Part shown: positions 51,776-64,000 of the stretch, piece by piece
How positions within the stretch are numbered: the first letter of the stretch is position 1
Layout: each line of letters opens with the position of its first letter
Origin: Schmidtea nova
Lineage: Eukaryota
DNA: 64,000 nucleotides
Assembly (NCBI GenBank): GCA_044892505.1
Contig: CM097884.1
Coordinates: 40,176,001-40,240,000, forward strand
Direction of reading: 5' to 3'
Translations under genes and position numbers: made by a program
The notes under the pieces: model-generated
What the model saw: only the letters and a program-made list of their open reading frames with translations
What the model was told of the DNA's origin: nothing
The model's database searches: none

Positions 51776-54700
51776 TCATAAATCGATTTTGGACATCCTG
51801 GGACTTTTTGGAATTTTCTTTTTGGTTTTCTTTTGAACTTTAATATTCTCTTCAGCAGGTTTTTTTTCTGTATCATCTCTATAAGGATTAAAGTAATCCT
51901 GTTCCTTTTCAATGAAACCTAACTCCTGTGAAGCCTAATTATCAAATCAATCCCGAAATTATTAATACACATCGGTTCTTACTAAATGAAACAATTTATG
52001 TTCTCGATTAGGAATGATTGGAGAACGAGTGGAGAACGATATAGACCAGTTGATAACTGGCAATGAATCGGTGGATTTCGATAAAAATAAATGAACGAGA
52101 TCTGGGAAACGAAGAGCAAGATCACTTATAAAGGCACTATTTTCTAGGCTTAGCAAGTACGCTAAAATATTGCATTAATTGAATCAAATATTTAATAGAA
52201 AAAAAATCAAACTACAGGTTGTTAAAAAAGAGTTTTAAGTGGTATCCGATTATGTAATTAATATTCATGAAGTCCGTGTGCAATTTAAATTACTTGTAGC
52301 ATGTGGTACTTGTTCTCAAGGGCGTGTTGTAAATGGCGATAACCAATAAATGGTAAAACAATAACAAAAACAATGCTATCATTCAAGTTACTTTTATTTA
52401 TTTCCATCTTTCGTGCCCATTACAACATCACCTGTTTCAATCAAAGGAGCACTATCAAGGGAATTAAACGTATTAAAACCAGGTGAAATTTTGTCATCAA
52501 TTTGATGATACACTTATCAACAGTTTCACAAACCATTAAAGATCCTCTACCGGTAAAAACCTTTACCGTTTACCGGTAATGCGGTAATTGTGCAAAATAG
52601 AAAAGAGCGTACAAAAAAATAAGATGTGTAAACCAAAAGACAAGACAGAACAACTGAAAAAAGAATTTTTTCCGTCATAAAAAAACATAATAGAGAGAAC
52701 TGATCAGAGTTCAATTGAAAATGAGGAAGACATTTTTTTAGAAGATGAATATGACAGTGACGCTGATATTGATGATGGTGATTCGGTTGAACCAGATGAC
52801 CAGATGGTAATTGAGAAGATAAACGAGGCAATTGATAATGGTGTATATAGTAATTCAATTTTTTTCATTCAATTGCAAGCCTTACGCAGCGTCATTAAAT
52901 ATTTTCGATTATCGTCATTAAAAAATGATTTTTTACAAGAGAAGATAAAAACCCGACTTGGCAAAGAACTGGAATTAAAAATAGATATAAAGACACGTTG
53001 GAATACCATAGATCACATGATAGAAAGATATTTACAAGTAAAAGAAGAAGTAAAAGAAGCCTTAGAATATTTTAATTCTCTTCATTTATTAGCTCCAATA
53101 GACGAGAAATATTTGATAAACATCCAAAAAATTTTAGAGCCAGTACGCATAGCCGCAGAAGCCTTAGCAAGAAATGATGCTACACTATTTACCGCGGAAA
53201 GTGTAATTGAATTGTTATGTTCAACTTTGGAAAAAAATAGCGATTCACCGATATCCTCTAACTTCTTAGTTTGTTTGAAAAGAGAAATTAATAAAAGACG
53301 TAATATTAAATTATTGTCTCTTGTACAGTATATGCTTCATCCAAAAAATTTAATGAAACGAAATGTTCACTTTGATTACTGTTCGAAGTTAACGACAGTG
53401 GCATTTGGGAAAAAAATAATTGAAAGATTATTCAAATCAGATGAGCAAGCAGAATCAGATTCAGAAGAGAATGACGAGCCTGAACTTTTAAATGCTGACT
53501 TGAAATCTCAATTTCAAAAAGCTATTTCTACAGCTATGGTTTCCATTTCCAGTAAACCAGAAGGACTATCATCATCAGTCCAGAAAGAGTTTTTATTTTT
53601 TGAAGTATCCGGAGAAAAAAGTCATAATCTCACACTGTTGTTCGAAGCTCTGCAAACCGCAAAACCAACCTCTACAGACAATGAAAGAACATTATCCATA
53701 GCGAGCCGAGTTTGTAATAAAATAAGAACTAGGTTATCGGATGAAAATTTGCACATTATCGTTTTCCTTAAATATTTCTTTTTGAAACAAAATGGTAAAT
53801 AGATTAACATTTCTTTTTAAATGTTGGGTAAATTATAAAAAAAAATAATTTATAATTTAAATTTTTGTATTTGTTCTTTTCTTGAATGATTTTTTTTTGT
53901 TCGTTTTTTGTATGAAATAAATATATTGTAATGTTTTTTTTTCTCACTTAAACCATGATTTTCTGTTAAAAAGTTTATCACCGAAATTTACCGGTAATAA
54001 GATTGAAAATTTACCGTTTACCGGTAAAAGAAAACATACGGTAATTGAGGATATATACATACCATTCGATGCAAGATTTTATTTATTGCTACAATAAAAA
54101 TATATCTAAGCAGCATACATTGTTATTAGTGCACGTTAGAATATTTTAACACCACTGATCCATTTAATTACATTGATAATGTTCCTTTGATTGAAGCAGG
54201 TAATGTTGTAATGGGAATGGATGAAGGTATTGATGGTAATAATAATGAGATAAATAGACATAACCTGAATGATAGCATTGGTTCTGTTATAGTTTTACCG
54301 TTTTCTGAGGGATTTGGAAATTTTAGAAAATGTATTTTAAAAAATATTGTTAAAATAATTTCTATGTCTTGCAAAGTTCGGGTTATGCTCAATAATAGAT
54401 CTGTGACGCCATTTGGACTGTGTTCTCATCTTGTATATTGCTTTATTTGTAACGGGTGTAATGGCACATACATTGGAGAGACTGTCCGTCATATATGTAC
54501 ACGAGTTCAAGAGTATGCCAGAAAGAGCGGAAAGAGTAATATTATTGAGCATAATAAGACATGCAAGAAAACCTTTATATTTCCAATTACAAAATATTGT
54601 CTAGGGCAGTGTTTCTCAAACCTGGGTACGCATACCCCTGGGGGTACGCGAAGGGTCTCCAGGGGGTACGCGAAGGATCCGTATGAGCTACGCGAAAAAA

Positions 54701-57700
54701 ATATTTTTTTCAACATAATAATCTATGCAGAAATGTACAAATCCAAAGAAAGTAAAAATAAAATGGACGAACACAAACGGACGAATCTAGTGACATTGCA
54801 AATTTAATTGTATTTGTCAGGTTTGAAAAAGACAAAAAGATACAAGAAGAATTTTTATTTTGCAAGCCCTTATTAGGGAATACGAGAGGAGAAGATATAT
54901 TTAATATAATTAATCATTTTATGCGAGAGAACAATATCGATTGGGATAAATGTATTGGTATCAGTACAGACGGAGCTAAAAATATGGTCGGCTCTAAAAA
55001 AGGTCTTGTAGCAAGAAAACAGTCTGTTGCAAAAAATGTAAAATCCACGCATTGTTGCATTCATAGGCAAGCTTTGGCAACACGGAGTATGCCAACAGAT
55101 TTAAAAAAATGTATTGAATGATTGTGTAAAAATTATTAATTATATCAAAGGCTGTCCATTGAATGCTCGTATTTTTTCACAACTATGGGAAGAAATGGGA
55201 GGTACCCATACTAACCTTCTCTACCATACAGATGTGCGTTGGCTCTCGAGAGGCAAAATCCTAAATCGTTTATTTGAACTTCGGGAAGAGATAAAAGAGT
55301 TCCTGATTGATGATAATTTTGACTTAAAATACTATTTATGTGACTGGAAATGGTTATGTAAATTATCTTATTTAGCAGACGTATTTTCTATGCTAAATAT
55401 TTTTAATTAATCTTTGCAAGGAAAAAATATTACAATAATACATGTGCAAGATAAAGTGAAAGCTATGTTATCAAAATTAAATCTGTACCACAGAAGGGTT
55501 ACTAATGGGGAATTTGATTCATTTACTTGTCCTCACGATTTAATTTTAAATTCAAACAATAACACGATCGATATTAAAAAGTATAAAAGAACATTTAAAA
55601 ACGTTACAAGCAGATACAACAAGATATCCATTTAATATATCTCCAGAATCTATGCCAGTAAGTCTAACAAGAAAAGAAGAGGAGCAATTATTGAATTTGT
55701 CCAATGATGGTTTTGTAAAAAATAAATATACTGAATGTTCACTGTCAACATTCTGGCTAGAAAATTTAAATGTATATCCAGAATTGCCGACAAATATTGT
55801 AGCATTTTTCCTCTTCCTATCTATGTGAAGTAGCTTTTTCTGCGCTTGTGGATATAAAGACAAAAAAGAAACAGGTTGCTAGATGTTGATCCGCATTTAA
55901 GATTGAAATTCTCAGACCGAGAGCCAGATTTTAATGCGATTGTATCTGATCATACGCAATATCACCCATCGCATTAATCAGGGTCGGTTCGATAGATTTT
56001 GGCGTCAAAATAGCTTGCTTTTTATGCAAAAAAAATTATTCTATAATTTTGACAGGAGGCCTAGGCGTCACCATATCGGACCGTCCCTGATATTAATAAA
56101 TACATATTATTATTATTTGTTTTTTATACAATATTTGTAGATTCTTGTATATATTTTCGAATCTTAACCTATATTAAAAATAGTAATACCTGATTAGGTT
56201 TTTTTTTAATATTAAATCCTACAATTTTCAGTAGGGGGTACACAGAGTTTGGAAAATGTTTGCAAGGGGTACGCACAAAGTTTGAGAAACACTTGTCTAG
56301 GGGTTTCAAGAACTATTATGAACGTATGAATTGTGCGGCATTGTTGATAAGATCATTTAATCCTAAAATAAACATACAAAATGCAATATTGAGAGTTTAA
56401 TTAATTTTACTAGGGATAATAAAGTTTTGCTGGATTGTGCACATGTAATTATGTAATCACTGATAAACGTATAAATATGATGAATTTTATTTTATTGAAT
56501 TTGTTTATTGTCTGAAAATGACAGCTGAGCTTGCGAAATATATTTTAGTAAAGGGTGTTCTTTTATTTATTCAAATAAATCACAATTTTTATCTAATAGT
56601 TTATAATAAAATATAATAAAAATTATTACAGTGAATATTAAAGCGGGAATTATTGGCCAATGCAGCTGTAAGATATATTGTAGTGCAGATTTGTGAATCA
56701 TTCAATCAAAACCAATGTTTCATGGCATCTGTCATTTGTTTTAGTTAACCTAGTATTGCGAATTATAACTCTTCATATTTCACCCGCTGATCGAAATCAA
56801 TTACTTTATTTCGGTTGAATATCAACCAATTGTAAAAGTAAGATGAAGAAAAGAGACTTTTCGAAGAAAGATCGAGTTGCGATTGTTCAGTTGCAGAAAG
56901 GTGCAATTATGTTGACTGCAAAAGAATTCAACAAGAGTTCAACAGAATGACTATATCGAGAATTTGGAAACGTGCTTCCGAAAATCATTGTCAAGATAAT
57001 GTTGATTCTTATGGTAATGTTGATTCGTTGATAAAACAAAACTGTGGCCAAAGATTATGGGGAACAGCTTGAAAAGTCACCTGAAGATCAGCAGCTCACG
57101 CCATACTAGATAATACGTTTTTGTCACTTCAACAAGTTATGCTGGAAGCAATGAAGAACTTTAGTTCCAATAACTTTAAGCTAATGCATATAGGGAAAGG
57201 AAAGCTTCGCAGCCAAGGGATTTAACCTACAAGTTCAAAATGCAGTGAGGAAACTATTAAAAAATGCAGAAACTATCTGAACACTCAAAATAATACTCCT
57301 AATTAGGAGTATTATTTGTTAAGTTATTGGATTGTTGGAGAAATATAAAAGTTACCAATCAAATCTCTGACTCCAAAGCGTGCTTTAATTGATCCACAAA
57401 ATAACATTTCTCAGACAATATAAACCCTTATTGATTATCACAGTTAGTTACACGAATTACAATAACACGATCGATTCAACACTCAAGTAGGCAATTATGC
57501 GGAGCTTATTACAACACTTCGTGAGGAATATCTCCAAGCGTATAATAACCAAATATTCTATTAATCACTAGCCACTGATTGACTCAACAATTGGGTAAAT
57601 TGCTTTCGATTGTCCTTGTGCTTTGACTTTATCAACTATACTCTGACTTTTTATTTAATCCAAATTTATTTATTCTTTTCAATTAAGTTGTCCACGTCTC

Positions 57701-60700
57701 GATTCTCCACAAAATCACGTAATTATACAATTTCAGTCAAATTTCTAACAACACTTTTCTTTTCCAACGTCGCTTCTGATTTAATTAAGATGGCTTTCGC
57801 ATATTATAGTTTGCCATCATTCGGCACTCATGGCATTTCGCCTTTCCCTCTCCTGTCTCTGGCATTTCACATTTTCTTTTTACAAATCCCATGTTTCCTC
57901 TGACAGCTCGGCACTCGGGATAATTTGTTTTTTTTCATTTCTGCTTCTGGCATTTCCCATATTTTTTATAGCTCCCGTGTTATCTTTGACAGCTGTCAAT
58001 ATACTGGTTTTCTTTTCTTTTCATGTTTTGTTTTTTAATTTTTAATTTCTGAATTCCTTTCTGTTTTCTTGCACTTATTAATTATAAGTGACCTTTCTCC
58101 GATTTGTTGTTGAGTTTCTTTTCTTTTGTTATTCCTTCATCATTTACCACTTTTTTGCTTTTCTTTTTTCTTTCCGAACTTCAGGATGCTATGTCAATTA
58201 CCAAATCGGTTTTCCCCCAAAATATTCAAATTGTCTATTATATTGTTTGTTATCCTCAACAAATTTTTAATATATTGCTTAATTATATCTACTTTTATGA
58301 TAATAAATGTTGTATTCTGTTATTATGGGACAAATTAAATTCACCAACTGCTACAATTATTATTATGGGACGGAAGGAGTATAAGTTATTTTGAAACTTT
58401 ACAATAAATTAATTTTTATTCACATTCACATTTTTATTCAAATATTATCTGAAAATAGACTTTTATCTATCGAATTATGCATTGTTTGTCCAATTTCGTC
58501 AAGTATTTTATTTCAAATCTGTTATAATAGGTTAAATAAATACAATATGTTGATTTGAATTGTTGTCTGATAATCATGGAAACGATAACTGCACTTTATA
58601 TTGTATATTTAAGCTCATTATTTTTTGAGGTTGCAATAAAACCCACCTTAATACGAGTACTTATGCTCTATTTTGTAATGGTGATTCCTGAGATGGTATT
58701 TATTAGAGTTAAAGGCGTGTAGCCAACTTAAAAGAGTATGCATTGGATAATGATGAGCATCAATAACTAATTATAGCGAATTCAGGTTAATTTGTCAAGT
58801 GAGAAAAGAGTATTGTTATAAAACCGGTTAAGTCAGCATAAAAGCACGTTCCGACTCGGGGAAATAAAAAGCATTTAAGTATTAACCAAAATAAATACAA
58901 TATGTTGATTTGAATTGTTGTCTGATAATCATGGAAACGATAACTGCACTTTATATTGTATATTTAAGCTCATTATTTTTTGAGGTTGCAATAAAACCCA
59001 CCTTAATACGAGTACTTATGCTCTATTTTGTAATGGTGATTCCTGAGATGGTATTTATTAGAGTTAAAGGCGTGTAGCCAACTTAAAAGAGTATGCATTG
59101 GATAATGATGAGCATCAATAACTAATTATAGCGAATTCAGGTTAATTTGTCAAGTGAGAAAAGAGTATTGTTATAAAACCGGTTAAGTCAGCATAAAAGC
59201 ACGTTCCGACTCGGGGAAATAAAAAGCATTTAAGTATTAACCAAAATTCACAGAATTTCAATAGTAACCTTCGTGAAGTTCTTTATTTTCAGGAATATTA
59301 TCACCGGGAAGAATCGCATTTTTTACAAGTGTATCTTGATTGACCTTTAAGATCTGCAAAATAATCACAATAAAGGGGAAAAATCAGTCTGAATATTTAT
59401 AAATAAATTGAGAACAGAATTTGCTAATTCTATCAGTTGACAGAAATAAAATTGATTTCAATTTAGGTTCATAATAATATTAATTAAAAAAATTTTATTT
59501 ATAAGTGGGTTCGGATTGTTCCCAAAAATAGTTCCATTTATATATGCAAGTACCCGGTCCCCACTATTTAAACTTAAATTACAATGCTGATTATCTATTT
59601 GAATGTTACCGCATTTCAAGTAATCCCCACCAGATGCAATGCACTTGTGACAACCTTTAACCCAGTCTTCGAGGTCTTTTTTATATTCGATATTCGTTAT
59701 AACCATAAGAGCCTCCTTCAATATTTATTTTCTCAGTGCTATTAAAATGCGTTCCTCGAAATGGCTTTTTCATTCTACTGAACAAGAAAAATGTCCAATT
59801 GTATTGGTATTGTTTTTAGTCAAAAATTGCCGCATTTTGTGATGGTGCGAATGAATTTTTCATCTGAATCATGGTTGGAAAGCATATTTTTAGCAAACTC
59901 AATACGTTGACTGTTTTGTAACAAATTCAGTTTAGTTGGCATAAGCCTAGCAGCAACACATTTTAAACCCAACTCACCATATAAAATTTTCTGAACGGGT
60001 ACAAATAATATTGAAGTCTCTAACTATCTCATTAACCTTTTAACTGCCGAGTTCTATTCGTTGATAAAAAAGGTGAGATATGTAGTAAGATTATGCCACG
60101 AATCACCCACTAAAAATGATAACGTCTACCAAAGATATGGAAAAGAGATTCTATTAATGATTGACGTAAAGACGCGTTGGAATAGTTTCAATTTTATGCT
60201 ACAACAAATATACGAAGCTATAGGCCGTATACTGAAATGTTAGATTGGTCTGAAGTCAATCTTGTCATTTGAAGACGAATTGAATCAAATTCATAATTTG
60301 GTGTCGACTTTTGAACCTGTGAAATTATGCGTCGAAGCGTTATATTGACGTGAAGCAACCTTACTTTCAGCATAAACAGCGATTTCATTCATGTTGAGCA
60401 ATTTAAGCATACGTGATTTTGCTATTCAATTGAATGAATTGATTTCGAGACAAATGAATGAGCGACGAGCAAATGCTAGTTATGGTATCTATAGTTATTA
60501 AGCTATCAAGATTGCCATCGAAAACAACAATTCTTCTGATTCTGAGGAGGAAAACGAAGTCGTTTAAGAAGATAATCCTAGCGTGACTTTGCAAGAAAAA
60601 CTGGAAAATGCCATAAAAACGAAAACTCCAACATCGAAAAATGTTACAAACATAATCAAAAAAAGAAATATCTATTTTTAAATGTTGAAGGCAGTCGGGG

Positions 60701-62627
60701 GACAAATTTTGAAAGGTGTCATAACAACTTAAACTCAATATCACCAGGCAATGTGGAGTCAGAACGAGTTTTCTCTGAATGTGGACAAATTGCAACAAAA
60801 ATAAGGTCGTCTTTTAACGATGAAACTTTGGATATTTTACGCCTTTTAAGATCCCACTTTAAGTTCGAAAAGAAATAAGTAACATGCATGCTTAAATATT
60901 ATTGCGATGTGTCGTAATAAAACGCTCTACTACCTAATTTTATTGAAATTTTTACGAAACATATAATTATACAGAATACTTCAGTGATCCTGTTTTGTAG
61001 TGGCATGTTTTTATATCACGAGGTTATTTTTCAGCAAGTTCGCACACGAATAAAGGAATTTTTATTTTTATTTTTGTTAAGTGCATAACCATTATCATCC
61101 GAAAATCAGAAATTTCCATATTTAAACAACAAAGAAATGCATTTCAGTATTGTGGGGTCCCAAGTGACTTCCAGTAAGATAAATCCGTTACAGATGAATA
61201 TATACTTTTGTAAATAATGTCAGCAAAATATGTAACGTGTAATAACATATTCATGTTGGCGCTACATGTATGCGATGTAAAATTAGCGAGGCATTCAATG
61301 TATTAAAACAAAACAAAAACTTGTATTCATTTAACTAAAATAAAAAGGAGAGTATAGTAATCCCTCGTTTATCGCTGTTAATCCGTTCCACACTCTACCA
61401 AGATTAGTGAATTTCCGCGAAGTATGATTTTTTTTGTAGTCAGAGCATATAAAACCTATTTGTGACACTTTAAATAAGGGTATTAACATTCTGGATTTAT
61501 AAGATCAAATTTATATTCTTGAATTGCTTTATTGCTCTGAAACTAAGTACGTTGTCATTTGAAAACCTTTTTCTATACCGAAACCGTAGAGCGTTTTATT
61601 AGTTGATCACGTGTCAAGAACAACTTTATTTAGTTGATAAAATTTTTTAGTTGCTGGATTGAATATTTTTGTTCCTCCTTAGATTTACTATTTATTCATT
61701 GGACAATAAAAAGGCTGGCTAGCTTTTACTACAATTGTTGTAAGATACAACCTCTGATAAGCATATTTTCATTCTATAGATTAAAACCGCACCTTGGTGA
61801 AAAGGGAACGAAGTATTCCTCGTTTGTAAGATATAAATTTCATTTATATACATTTGATGAGAGCGGTTCAAAAATGGTGATATTCGGTGTGGCTTAGTAG
61901 CAGAGTAGTAAGACTCTTGAGTCTGGTCATAAAGTTACTGGATCAATGGAATCGAATTTCTTACTGACAAGAACCCAATAAACCCAAAACTGCCTTTAGA
62001 TATCGCAAGGAATAATATAAAAAAAATTTAAATTAAAATTCCAAACAGATTATAATATACTCAGTTAAAGTCTATCAAAATATCGTTAAAAATTTGAAAT
62101 TATCGAATTAAAAATAATAATGTATGTGTGTGTGTATTTTAAAAATTCTCAAAAACAAATTTATCTCAATGAAATCTTTATCATTCATATCAAGAGTTAT
62201 TATTGAGAGGTATTCATGATTTTATGAACACTTGAAAGTGTCAAATAATTATTTATTATTAATGACATCTCAAAATTTAAAAAATTACAATTGAAAATTA
62301 ACATTTTAATGCAAAATTAGAAATTATATGAACTGAAATAATAATTTTAATTTATAAAAGTACCTGTACGATTTTTTTAATCATAATTGTTACTAGGTCA
62401 TATTGTTTTATTCGAGATTCATATTTTAAAATAGAATCTATGGCTTGTTTGTGCATAAAGCGCTTTGTTTCATACACTCGCTGATCTAAGAATGTCATAT
62501 AACAATTGAATGATTGAAAAAAAAATATTTAACCAGTTGAATTATCATTTTGATGGGAAAAATCGATACAAAAAATGACATACAAAACAGATAAAATATA
62601 TATTTGAAATAAATTTAAAATTTTCAT
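51776..62627 (-). CDS. CCDC134: CCDC134 ortholog, 5 coding exons, 212 aa: 62627-62534, 62485-62364, 59353-59269, 52161-51983, 51934-51776
   Basis: GT-AG introns with consistent phases, 639 nt. Signal peptide, YETKR..KQYDLV..ILKVNQDTL..LPGD.IP..ENSAFISDLALRFPDLVH..NWSISF..QELGFIEK..NPY..PRMSKIDL* aligns with human ENTAFFGDVVLRFPRIVH/QELGISEK/GPRISRSQSEL. Confidence 0.9.
52537..54057 (+). mobile_element. Internally deleted hAT transposon in CCDC134 intron 3
   Basis: Imperfect TIR (TAAAGATCCTC / GAGGATATATA), TSD CAAACCAT/CATACCAT, subterminal TTTACCGGTAA repeats. Confidence 0.8.
52804..53802 (+). pseudogene. C-terminal half of hAT transposase
   Basis: IDIKTRWNT, RNDATLFTAE, KPTSTDNERTLS..RTRLSD; no BED finger. 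Confidence 0.85.
54187..56390 (+). mobile_element. Penelope-like element 3' fragment (GIY-YIG endonuclease), split by a Charlie/Buster hAT
   Basis: LVYCFICNGCNGTYIGETVRHICTRVQE..H...C; resumes after 56302 as ERMNCAALLIRSFNPKINIQ. Confidence 0.8.
54607..56294 (+). mobile_element. Charlie/Buster-type hAT, decayed
   Basis: TIR CAGTGTTTCTCAAA, 8-bp TSD GTCTAGGG, fragments STDGAKNM, HCCIHRQALA, HTDVRWLSRG. Confidence 0.9.
56820..57250 (+). pseudogene. Internally deleted mariner-like (DD39D/plant-type) transposase remnant
   Basis: MTISRIWKRA.. and LDNTFLSLQQVMLEAMK..NNFKLMH. Confidence 0.5.
58534..59245. repeat. Apparently perfect 355-bp tandem duplication
   Basis: 58534-58888 repeats at 58889-59243. 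Confidence 0.9.
59620..60000 (-). pseudogene. mariner transposase remnant
   Basis: KILYGELGLKCVAARLMP..R and EDWVKGCHKCIASGGDY. Confidence 0.7.
60061..60880 (+). pseudogene. Degenerate hAT transposase fragment
   Basis: IDVKTRWNS, EPVKLCVEAL, ESERVFS..KIRSS..DETL. Confidence 0.75.
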
Positions 62628-64000
62628 TTTGGAATGATTAATTAAACAAAACAAATATATTTGTAAAGTAATTGAACTATTTAAATCGAATTATTATCCT
62701 TATTTTATTCTATTGAAAAAAGAATAAAAATATTTGTCTGCGACATTTATAAAATATTTTTAATAAATTACTTCACACTAATTTTGAATTTTGCTTTATC
62801 AAAACGACTATATATCGCAAAAACGAAAGAAATAGACAAAAATTCAAAATAAGTGTCACAAAAAATTTAATATGTATGTTGGGCAAAATTTGAATCCCAT
62901 CAAATTGGAAGCAAGCGGGAAAATATTATGTTGAGACCACGCATGAAGTATACTCAAATATCTGAGAAAACACCAAGTAAACAGAAGTAATTTAAACAAA
63001 AGTAAAATTTGGTAAGAACAAAAGCAAGAAGTAAATACAAAAAACACAAACAAAACAAATTAACTAAAAATTCATAAAAGAACTAGCTACATACAAAAAT
63101 TCTGAAAATTTTATAATTAATTGCCTTAATTTTAATATTATAAATGTAAAAATACTAAAGAAAATTGGAAAAATTAAAGTTAAAGTAGTGAAAATTTACA
63201 AAAAATAAAATAGTTTGATAAGAATAAAAATTTTTAAAGTACTGAATAAAATTTTATACAGAAATATAAATTTATTTCTGTAAAAATAAAATATTTAACT
63301 TTAAATTAAATTAAATTAAGTTTAAAGAACCCTCTAGAAGCATTTGTTTTAATGAATCAAATAAATTAAATGCTTTGAAATGGTAGTTTTAATACAATTT
63401 CTGAGAATTCGAGTAATTTTCACGAAAAAGAAGGAAAACTCTCTGCAGCCAAGAAATAGAACAGATGTGACGCATCGCGGTTCAGATTTTTGGATGGACG
63501 GCATTATTTTGTGCATATCAAATATGCCAGTTTGATGCTTTACCCATCCAGTTAAATTTTAATCGGCATCGGCTCATGCTCCAGTTATCTGTGTCTATGT
63601 CTATGAGCTTTTATTATTTTCATGGCAGAATAAAGAGTTTTTGAATGAAAAATCAGTTTATTTTTGATCAATAGCTAAAATGATAGCAAGCACTCAAATG
63701 AATTTTTTTTCGTTTTTCGTTTATTGTTTTAATTTTCTTGACCTTCCGAGTCACAAACTCTCTTTGCTATCCAAGCTTTTTGCGAGTTAGGTAGTCAGTG
63801 TGCGTTCACAAGTCCGGAGTGGATTCTCTGGAACAGCCCAGCTCCATGCTGTCAATATGACTTCCGATTTCAGCATCATACTCAAGAAAATGTGAGAGAA
63901 CGGCTGAAGGAGTATCCGCAAGAATTTTATAATAACAATTTTCCCTTAAAATAATTTTTTTGTTTAAATCAAAGCTGCATTAAAAATAGGAACAAGTTTC

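Noticed and set aside
61860-61960. tRNA gene or SINE near GGTGTGGCTTAGTAG
   Set aside because: A-box-like only; no B-box or cloverleaf could be built.
63740-63950. mariner transposase C-terminal remnant
   Set aside because: Only a loose resemblance (..QENVRERLKEYPQEFY); the SPDLAP motif is not recognisable.

Overview
AT-rich animal (invertebrate-like) genomic DNA with short ~48-nt introns. The window is almost entirely nested mobile DNA around one host gene. (1) An intact 8.2-kb CsRn1-type Ty3/Gypsy element (2580-10799, minus) has 1618-bp LTRs that each carry a ~440-codon ORF. In the 5' LTR this ORF reads through the PBS into a ubiquitin-like domain ending RLTGG, fused directly to Gag. It inserted into the gag gene of a decayed relative that also shows a Ubl-GG upstream of Gag. 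(2) An intact 15-kb Ty3/Gypsy element (12256-27214, minus) encodes a single 3425-aa polyprotein: Gag, two helical+Ubl modules, a chuvirus/gB-like glycoprotein placed before protease, PR-RT-RH-IN, and a second membrane protein. A second ORF carries a REX4/ISG20-like, probably inactive exonuclease domain. This element sits inside a hAT transposase. (3) A DD41D Tc1/mariner element, a decayed Polinton/Maverick (35494-48173) with spliced genes, and pogo, hAT, Charlie/Buster, Penelope and mariner fossils. (4) An apparently intact five-exon CCDC134 gene (minus, 51776-62627) that the ORF track misses. All domain calls come from reading motifs by eye; no database search was run.
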